From Longimicrobiales bacterium (lineage in GTDB: Bacteria; Gemmatimonadota; Gemmatimonadetes; Longimicrobiales; Gaopeijiaceae), in assembly GCA_965204735.1 (NCBI GenBank), contig OZ242008.1, forward strand, positions 2,144,001 to 2,208,000: a stretch of DNA of 64,000 nt, written 5' to 3'. Position 1 is the stretch's first letter. Each line of letters begins with the position of its first letter. The translations under genes and the position numbers were made by a program. The notes under the pieces are model-generated. The model did no database searches. It was not told where the DNA came from and saw only the letters and a list, made by a program, of their open reading frames with translations. Shown here in pieces: positions 57,222 to 64,000 of this stretch.

Positions 57222-58573
57222 GTCTTGAGCTTCTTCTTCTTCGCGGCCGGGAAGAGGACGTTGTTGAGGATCAGCCGGTAGCCGGGCGAGTTGGGGTGGA
57301 GGGCCAGGTCGGTGGGGGCGTCGCCGATCTGATGCTCCGGGTCCTCCGGGTCGTGGCCCCCGTAGTAGGTCCAGGTCCCTTCCCCGGCCACGCCGTGGAT
57401 GTACTTGGCCCACGGCCCTTCCGTCGCCAGCTGGACCACGCCGGGCTTGAGGCGGTCGATGGAGAAGGAGGTGGTGAGCCCGTAGAAGTCGGACAGCACC
57501 GACTCGTGGTTCTGGGTGAGCATCGCCGGCACCGGATCGAACTTCGCGGAGAACTCGAAGAGAGTGAACGCGCCCAGCTCCTTTCGCCACGGCGTGTTGA
57601 CCTGATGGCCGTCGATGTCGGAGAAGGAGTTCACCGAGGGGGCGACTTGGATCTCGGCGTCCCGAAACGCCATGGACAGGCCCCAGTCCACCTTCGCGCC
57701 TGCGTCCGGGTCCGGAGGCGTCCCGTCGGAGTAGGCGGCGGCGATGTCCACCGAGCGCGCCGCCAGCGCCAGCTCGAGCGTCTCGGGCGCCGAGCACATG
57801 GCGAAGAGGAAGCCGCCCTCCTCCACGTACCGCCGGATTCGGCGGCTCACCGCCTTCTTCAGCGCGGGCACGTCGGCGTAGCCCAGGGCCAGCGCCGCCT
57901 CCTCGTTGCGCGCCACTTCCTCTTCCAGCCAGGGCGCGCCCGCGTAGGTGACGTAGAACTTCGAGTACTGCCCCGTGAAGTCCTCGTGGTGCAGGTGGAG
58001 CCACTCGTACTCGCCCAGGTCGTCTCCGAGCACGTCGGCGTCCCAGATGCGGTCGTAGGGGATCTCGGCGTACTCCAGCGCCATCGTCACGGCGTCGTCC
58101 CAGGGAGCGCTGTTGGGCGGCGTGTAGATCGCAATGCGGGTGGCCTTCTCCAGCACGACCGCTTCCATGTTGGAGACCGATATCCTCCCTCGGATGCGGG
58201 CTTCGTCGGCCGCGCCCACCGACTGGACCGTCACTCCCGTCAGGGCCGCCGTCCGCCGCGTGGCCTCCGTGTCGCCGAGCAGGAAGGAGCCGCCCTGGTA
58301 GTTCAGGAGCCACTCGGCCCGCTCCCCCCGCTCCAGCGCCGAGTACGCCAGCCCGTACGCCTTGAGGTGGTTGGCCTGGGTCCGGTCCATGGGGACCAGA
58401 AGCATCTGCCCGGCGCCCGGGGCGGGAAGAACCGCTGGCAAGAGGCAGAGAACTCCGCCTGTCGAGAAGCGCCGCAGGGCGACTAGAAGCGGGCGACGGC
58501 AGGGGGCGTCCGCGCGCTTGTCGCAGGCGCGACCGCTCCTGCGGCGACGGCCCGAATCCGGAGCGGCGCTCAC
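57218..58573 (-). CDS. Conserved exported hypothetical protein (family often mislabelled asparagine synthetase B)
   Basis: LLVPMDRTQANHLKAYG, WLLNYQGGSFL, PWDDAVTMALEYAEIPY, WLHLHHEDFTGQYSKFY, YGGHDPED, SPGYRLILNNVLFPAAKKKKLKT. Confidence 0.8.
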   Translation of the reverse strand: MSAAPDSGRRRRSGRACDKRADAPCRRPLLVALRRFSTGGVLCLLPAVLPAPGAGQMLLVPMDRTQANHLKAYGLAYSALERGERAEWLLNYQGGSFLLGDTEATRRTAALTGVTVQSVGAADEARIRGRISVSNMEAVVLEKATRIAIYTPPNSAPWDDAVTMALEYAEIPYDRIWDADVLGDDLGEYEWLHLHHEDFTGQYSKFYVTYAGAPWLEEEVARNEEAALALGYADVPALKKAVSRRIRRYVEEGGFLFAMCSAPETLELALAARSVDIAAAYSDGTPPDPDAGAKVDWGLSMAFRDAEIQVAPSVNSFSDIDGHQVNTPWRKELGAFTLFEFSAKFDPVPAMLTQNHESVLSDFYGLTTSFSIDRLKPGVVQLATEGPWAKYIHGVAGEGTWTYYGGHDPEDPEHQIGDAPTDLALHPNSPGYRLILNNVLFPAAKKKKLKT

Positions 58574-60462
58574 GTGCGTCCCCCGCGAAGTCGTTCCAGC
58601 TCCCGGCGGGCGCCGGGGACCACCGGGCTCTCGGGGTGGGCCACGATCAGCTCCTCCAGGATCCGCGCCGCCTCTTCGCCGCCCTCGGGCCGGTCGGCGA
58701 GCCCCCTGGCCAGCTCCAGCGCCGCCTCGGCGAACTCGGGAGCGTCGGCGTGGTCGGCGACGATCGCGCGGCGGAACGCCGTCGCGGCACGGTCGAGCCC
58801 GGCGGCGGCGGCGGTTCGCGCCCCCATGGCCAGCACCGCGGGCCGGTCGGCTTCCGGGACGGCTTCGGCCCCGGCCTGCACGGCGCCGACGGCCTCCGCC
58901 GGGGCGCCCCGGTGCACCGCCACGGCCGCGCGAGCCACCACGAGAGCGCCGACGGGCGTGAGGCGGTCGAGGGTCAGGGCCAGGGCGAGCGCTTCGGTCG
59001 CTCGGGCGGGCTCCAGCTCCGGCAGGGACTCTTGCAGGGCGGCCGCTCCTTCGGCTATTGCGCCGCCTTCCAGAAGGAGGAACGCGCGCTCCAGGGCGGC
59101 GCCGGGCCCGTCGATGCCGGCGAGGACCTCCATCGCCCCGGCGACGTCGGCGCTCCGCATGAGACGGGAGGCCAGCGCCGCGGAGAGCCGGTCGAGCTCC
59201 TCGGCGTCCGGGAACTCGTCCCGGTAGCGGGCGAGCGCCTCGCGCACTTCCCGCACGTCGGAGGCGGCGACGCGCAGCGCCAGCTCCGCCGTCCAGGCCG
59301 CGCGCCGGGCGTCGGAGCCGGGCGGGTGCGAGGCCGTCACGCGCGAAAGGGCGCCCAGCGCCGCCGCCGTGTCCCCCGCCGCCAGGGCGACAGGGGCCAT
59401 GCGCTCGTCGGTGGCGCGGCGCTCCGCCTCGTCCCTCGCCGTCTCGCCCAGCCGAGAGTACGCCCACAGGGCGCTCCCGGGGCGGTTCAGCTCCTCGGCC
59501 CGGCGGGCGAAGCCGCGCAGGTAGCCCCGTCCCTCACGGTCGCCGAACCCCTCCAGCGCCGTCTCGGCCATCGTCCGGGCGTCGTCCTCCAGCCCTTCGC
59601 GCAGGGCGACCTCCGCCCCGACCTCCAGCTGCGACGCCGTGGCCGTCGGCGCCCCGAGCGCCGCCACCAGGGCCCCGGCGGCCCGCGCCCGATCCCCCGG
59701 CGCGCCCTCGCCCGGACCGTCGCCCAGCTCCTCCAGGCGGCGAAGCACGTCCCCGGTCCGAGCCCGGTCGCGCCCCAGCGCCTGCGCCCACGCCTCGGCC
59801 CCGGCCTCGAACCGCCCGGCGGAGACGTGCACGTCGCCCAGCGCGACCCAGAGCTCCGGCGGGCTTCCCAGCGCCCGCAAGCCGTCCTCGATCAGCGCCG
59901 CGGCCTCCTCCGCCTTGCCGGCCTCGAGGTAGGCGCGGGCGCCCTCCCGGTACGGCGCCGGCGACCCGGGAACGGCCCGCGCCCACGCGCTCGACGTCTC
60001 CTCCAGGGCGGCGAGCGAGTCGCCCTCGACCAGCGCCCGGAGCTTGAGGGACCAGACGGCGCCCGACGACGGGTCGGCCGCCAGGAACGCGTCGGCGACG
60101 GGCAGCACCGCGGCGAGCCGTCCCGCGCTCCGAAGGACGCGCTCCAGGGCCAGCACCGCCGAAGAGGCGTTCGGGCGCCGACGAAGGAGCTCGCGCAGCG
60201 TCTCCTCGGCGCCTGCCAACTCCCCGCGCGCTTCCTGGGCGGAAGCGTCCCGCAGCATCCGGTCCTCGACGCGGGGCAGCCGGCGCTGGCCCGCCCCCGC
60301 GGATTCGGGGACCACCGCAAGCCACCCGCCGACGCCGAGCGCCGCGGCCAGCAGGAGCCGCTTCGCCGCTCCGAGCGACCGGTGGGAGCCGGGCGGCGCC
60401 CCGCGACGGATCCAGCGAGAACGGCGGCCCGTCCGCCTCGGAGCCTCGGTCGAGGCCGTCAC
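58570..60462 (-). CDS. Tetratricopeptide-repeat protein
   Basis: TM/signal segment LLLAAALGVGGWLAVV followed by Ala/Leu-rich TPR-like helices; ends ILEELIVAHPESPVVPGARRELERL. GTG 60462 overlaps the upstream stop. Confidence 0.75.
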   Translation of the reverse strand: MTASTEAPRRTGRRSRWIRRGAPPGSHRSLGAAKRLLLAAALGVGGWLAVVPESAGAGQRRLPRVEDRMLRDASAQEARGELAGAEETLRELLRRRPNASSAVLALERVLRSAGRLAAVLPVADAFLAADPSSGAVWSLKLRALVEGDSLAALEETSSAWARAVPGSPAPYREGARAYLEAGKAEEAAALIEDGLRALGSPPELWVALGDVHVSAGRFEAGAEAWAQALGRDRARTGDVLRRLEELGDGPGEGAPGDRARAAGALVAALGAPTATASQLEVGAEVALREGLEDDARTMAETALEGFGDREGRGYLRGFARRAEELNRPGSALWAYSRLGETARDEAERRATDERMAPVALAAGDTAAALGALSRVTASHPPGSDARRAAWTAELALRVAASDVREVREALARYRDEFPDAEELDRLSAALASRLMRSADVAGAMEVLAGIDGPGAALERAFLLLEGGAIAEGAAALQESLPELEPARATEALALALTLDRLTPVGALVVARAAVAVHRGAPAEAVGAVQAGAEAVPEADRPAVLAMGARTAAAAGLDRAATAFRRAIVADHADAPEFAEAALELARGLADRPEGGEEAARILEELIVAHPESPVVPGARRELERLRGGRT

Positions 60463-63400
60463 CGGTCGCCGGCCGGCCGGGTCGAGCCGGCTTCGGCTTC
60501 CGGCTCGCCGTTCCGGTTCAGCCGCTCGAAGTAGCTGATCACGAGGGCGCGCTGGGCCGGCGGCAGCCTGCGCAGCGCCGCTCCGCTCGGAAGCCGGAAG
60601 CGCAGCACGTCCAGGTCGTCCTCGGTGAGCGGTCCGGCGTCCTCCCGCGAGAAGTCGCCGGGGGCCTCCGACTCTCGTTCCTCCGATTCCTCGTCGCGCT
60701 CCAGGGTGCGTCCCGCGTCCAGGAGACGGTGGAAGAGGCGCTCCTGACGCCGAAGCACCTCCGGGTCCAGACGTCCGCCGGCGAGCGCCTCCGCCAGCCG
60801 CTCGGCCTCTTCCGCCATCGCCGACAAATCTCCCAGCGGGTCGGCTTCGCCCTCTTCCTCGCCACCCTCGGACTCCGATATCTCGCCCAGCTCGCGGGCC
60901 ACGTCCTCCTGGCGGGCGGACATCTCCTCCACCTGCCGGCTCATCGTCTCTTCGCCCAGCCGCATCGGCGAGAGCGACGCCGCGTCCTGCATGATCTCGC
61001 CCTGCTGCTGGGCCAGCTGCTGAAGCTGCTGCATCATCTGCTCGGAGGCGGTCGCCGCGCCCTGGGACTCGCCCTGCCGCCCCGAGGTCATCGCCAAGCG
61101 GGCGACTTCGTTCAGCGCGCGGACCACCGCCTCCGCGCTGGCCGTCGGCGGCGGCCCCCGGCTGCGACGCCGCTCCATGGCCTCGACGGTGCGGTCGAGC
61201 TGCTCCATCGCTTCCCCGAGCGCCGTCATCAGGTCCCGAGCGCCGGGCGCCGCCATCTCCGTCTCCGCGGCGTAGTTCTCGGCCAGGTTGCGGACGCCCT
61301 GTGCGAGAGCCGCCTCGTCGCCCCGCAGCGCCGCCAGCTCCGACGCCGTGGCGCCCACCATCTCCCCCCGCAGCTCCGACTGGCGGCGGGCCAGCGAGAG
61401 CGCGTCCAAGGCGGTCCGGCCCAGCGCGTCTTGAAGCGCCTGCATCATCTGCTGCTGCATCTGCATCATCGCCTCGTTCAGCTCCTGGGAGACCTGCGCC
61501 ATCTCGCCCGCCGCCTCGCCAGCCTCCTCCGACGCGCTCCGGCTCTGCCCCTGCGACGCCATCCGGCCGGCCTGCGCCATCTGCCGACGGGCCTGGGACA
61601 GCTGGCGCCGCGCTTCCTGCACTCCGGCCCCTGCGTCCTGCTCCCCCGCTTCGGCCAAGCGCCGCTGCAACGCCTCCAGCTGTTCCTGAAGCTCTCCCGC
61701 GCGCCCTTCCAGCGCCGCCTGCTGCTCGGCCCGGAGCGCGTCGTCGCCCTCCTCGCCCATGGCTTCGGCCAGCAGCTCCTGCTCCTCCGCCAGCTCCTCC
61801 GCCTCCCGGCTGGTGGCCCGGAAGTCCTGGTCCAGCGCCGCCTGGCGGAACTGCTCGACCGACGCCTCCAGCCGCCGGCGCAGCTCCTCCTGGGCCGCCA
61901 CCATCTGCTCCAGGGCCTCCTGCAACGCCTCGGGGTCCATCTCCGACAGCCGCTCGATCTGCTGGGCCAGGGCGTCCCTCTGCTCGTCGGAGGCCGCGTC
62001 CTCCAGGAGCTCCTCCAGCCCCTCGATGCGGTCGCGCAGCTCCGGGTCCGCCGTTCCCGCGTCCCGAAGGGCCTCCCGCAGCTCGGCCAGCTCCCGCTGG
62101 AGCGAGTCCACCGCCGAAGTCACGCGCTGCTGCCGCTCCAAGGCCTGGGCGACTTCCTCCCGCGCCTCGAAGCCGTTCTCCTCTCCGCTTCGCCGGCCCT
62201 CGCCCTCGGCTTCGCTCCGGGACCGAAGCTCTCGGGCCTCCTGCTCCGCCCGCTCGGCCTCTTCCGCCAGCGACCGCACCTCTTCGGCGGCCCTGTCCAG
62301 CTCCTCCTGAGCGGCCCGCTCCACCTCCGAGACCTCCGGCGCCCGCAGGACGTGCTCGCGAGTCTCCGCGGTCTGCCGCGACGGATGGTTGTCCACCGAC
62401 CTGGCCCGATAGCGCACGACGTCGCCCGGCGAGAGCTTCCACTCCGACACGTCGAGCACAGGACGGACGATCGCTCCCTCCACGCCTCCCAGAGCCACGC
62501 CCCGCACCACGGGCTCGCCCGCTTCGCCGAAGGCGGCGACCCGGCGGGCCACGATCTCCACCCTTTCGACGCCGTAGTCGTCCTGAACCCGCACGACCAG
62601 CGGCTGGCGCATGTCGACGGGCAGGACCGTGTCGGGACCCGGGTACGCGATCTCGATCTGCGGCGGCCGGTCGGGCGACACCTCCAGCGCCAGCGGCTCC
62701 GGCGCGGTTGCGGCGCGGTCGCCCGCGGCGTCGCTGAACTCCCAGGAGTAGACGCCGGAGCGGGCAGGAGTCCACGACCCCTGGAAGCGCGGGCCGTCCA
62801 CGGCGAACGCCAGCGCCGTGCGTCCTTCCTCGTCCACCAGCGCGCCGCTGCCGATCGGGCGGCTCCCCTCGCCCCGGATGCGGAGCAGCGTGCCGGCGGG
62901 CAGCGCGAGCGGCGGCGCCTCGTTGCGATGCTCTTCGTCGGAGAGCCCGGTGTGCGGGGGGTAGGCCACCTCCAGCGCGAACGTCCCGACGAAGAGGGGG
63001 TCCACGGGCGTCAGGACGTGCACCGGGCTCTGGGCGCCGTCGGGCGCCTCGACCCAGTAGCGCGTCTCGGCGGCGACCGGCGGCAGGACCGACCGCCCTT
63101 CCCCATCGTCCAGAAGCACGGTTCGGGCGCCGGCCACCTGGCCCGTCGCGTCCCATCGCAGCACGACGCTGTCCCGCAGCGGCGCCCTCGCGACCACCTC
63201 CACGACCGCGCCCCGGCGCACCTCGACGGTGCCCGGCGCCAGCGACAAGGAGGGCAGGACGGGCTCGGCCAGCACCGCGAAGGGATGGAGGAGGCCGTTC
63301 CAGGCGCTGAAGGCGCGGGCCGGAGCCAGCGCTGCGACGAGCGCCACCAAGGGCGCCGCCAGCGCCAGCGACGCGCCTGCCCGCTTGGCCATCGTCTCGG

Positions 63401-63902
63401 CCCCCCGGCCCAGCTTGCCCGAGAGCGCCTTCGGACCGCCGTGAAGCCGGTCGCCGACCAAGTTCAGCGCCAGCTCGCGCAACCCGGGGGACGTGCCGTC
63501 GGGCGCGGAGCGGTACAGCTCCAGGCTCCCCAGCGTCGCGCCTTCGTCGAGCCCGGCCACGGCGTCCATGGCCCGGGTGATGCGATGGTCGGCGCCCCAC
63601 CACCTTCCCATCCTCCGCCACGCCGCGAAGCCGGTCGCGGCCACCGCCAGCGCCGCGGCGACCACCAGCAGGGGGACCGGGCTCCCGGGACTCCACCCGC
63701 TGCTCCCCGACAGCCAGGGGGCCAGCGCCATCAGCCCCAGGAGCGCCGAGCCGCACCATGCCGCGACTGCGACCGCCAGTCCCCGAAAGACGTGCCGCCG
63801 GACGTCCGCTACCGTCTGGCGGATGCGGGGCCCGGCCGGTCCGGGGCTCCGCCCGCTCCCCCCGACCCCGGCTTCCGCCTGCGTCCTTGCGCCTCGCCTC
63901 AC
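60459..63902 (-). CDS. DUF4175-family membrane/coiled-coil protein
   Basis: N-terminal TM helices, Ig-like middle (YPPHTGL, DRPPQIEI, DDYGVERV), Gln/Glu-rich coiled coil, RQERLFHRLLDAGRTL, YFERL. Confidence 0.8.
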   Translation of the reverse strand: MRRGARTQAEAGVGGSGRSPGPAGPRIRQTVADVRRHVFRGLAVAVAAWCGSALLGLMALAPWLSGSSGWSPGSPVPLLVVAAALAVAATGFAAWRRMGRWWGADHRITRAMDAVAGLDEGATLGSLELYRSAPDGTSPGLRELALNLVGDRLHGGPKALSGKLGRGAETMAKRAGASLALAAPLVALVAALAPARAFSAWNGLLHPFAVLAEPVLPSLSLAPGTVEVRRGAVVEVVARAPLRDSVVLRWDATGQVAGARTVLLDDGEGRSVLPPVAAETRYWVEAPDGAQSPVHVLTPVDPLFVGTFALEVAYPPHTGLSDEEHRNEAPPLALPAGTLLRIRGEGSRPIGSGALVDEEGRTALAFAVDGPRFQGSWTPARSGVYSWEFSDAAGDRAATAPEPLALEVSPDRPPQIEIAYPGPDTVLPVDMRQPLVVRVQDDYGVERVEIVARRVAAFGEAGEPVVRGVALGGVEGAIVRPVLDVSEWKLSPGDVVRYRARSVDNHPSRQTAETREHVLRAPEVSEVERAAQEELDRAAEEVRSLAEEAERAEQEARELRSRSEAEGEGRRSGEENGFEAREEVAQALERQQRVTSAVDSLQRELAELREALRDAGTADPELRDRIEGLEELLEDAASDEQRDALAQQIERLSEMDPEALQEALEQMVAAQEELRRRLEASVEQFRQAALDQDFRATSREAEELAEEQELLAEAMGEEGDDALRAEQQAALEGRAGELQEQLEALQRRLAEAGEQDAGAGVQEARRQLSQARRQMAQAGRMASQGQSRSASEEAGEAAGEMAQVSQELNEAMMQMQQQMMQALQDALGRTALDALSLARRQSELRGEMVGATASELAALRGDEAALAQGVRNLAENYAAETEMAAPGARDLMTALGEAMEQLDRTVEAMERRRSRGPPPTASAEAVVRALNEVARLAMTSGRQGESQGAATASEQMMQQLQQLAQQQGEIMQDAASLSPMRLGEETMSRQVEEMSARQEDVARELGEISESEGGEEEGEADPLGDLSAMAEEAERLAEALAGGRLDPEVLRRQERLFHRLLDAGRTLERDEESEERESEAPGDFSREDAGPLTEDDLDVLRFRLPSGAALRRLPPAQRALVISYFERLNRNGEPEAEAGSTRPAGDR

Positions 63903-64000
63903 GAGCTCCACGCCCCCTGCGCCATCGCGAAGACGAAGATGTTCACGCCCATCCGCAGGGCCGCCTCCCGCGTCTCCTCCGGGTCCCGATGCACGTCGGC
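63899..64000 (-). CDS. DUF4159-family protein, C-terminal end only
   Basis: DVHRDPEETREAALRMGVNIFVFAMAQGAWSS*; typical C-terminus and typical position upstream of DUF4175. Confidence 0.7.
   Translation of the reverse strand, partial: ADVHRDPEETREAALRMGVNIFVFAMAQGAWSS

Noticed and set aside
57218..58573. asnB assignment
   Set aside because: No N-terminal Cys glutaminase or SGGLDS motif; the protein has a signal-like segment.

Overview
High-GC bacterial window, mostly transcribed on the minus strand. The gene content and order resemble Gemmatimonadota, and the cadherin-bearing giant surface proteins suggest a host-associated, possibly sponge-associated, lineage (inference). The core backbone, right to left, is: DUF4159 (partial), DUF4175, TPR protein, a conserved hypothetical, JAB-DinG helicase, FAA hydrolase, valS, Ig-like lipoprotein, selA, gmhB-like, iscA-like, MBL hydrolase, purN, purH, tRNA-Ser(UGA), ispG, a four-gene RND efflux operon, gltX, lexA-like, tadA, NhaC, and pyrR-pyrB-pyrC. 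Accessory material includes two paralogous giant repeat surface proteins (43767-54203, and 1-2005, which runs off the left edge and is missing from the ORF track). It also includes a candidate MTase/endonuclease pair, an orphan N4C MTase, a lipoprotein/metallopeptidase pair, two near-identical Rpn genes flanking a gutted quinone oxidoreductase, and an AAA ATPase pseudogene. The strongest signal is that both giant surface genes have an upstream RBS+ATG followed by a 26-27 nt poly-C tract. In each case the tract is one base out of frame with a stop-free path into the signal peptide, which fits a parallel frameshift ON/OFF switch. Their ~120-aa repeats show conserved frameworks with hypervariable loops. 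Other notable items are intragenic antitoxin starts in both Rpn genes, a LexA lacking its autocleavage residues, a probable pseudo-dihydroorotase, a tRNA 3'-end direct plus inverted repeat, and a small repeat-spacer array without cas genes. All family assignments come from motif recognition; no database search was run.
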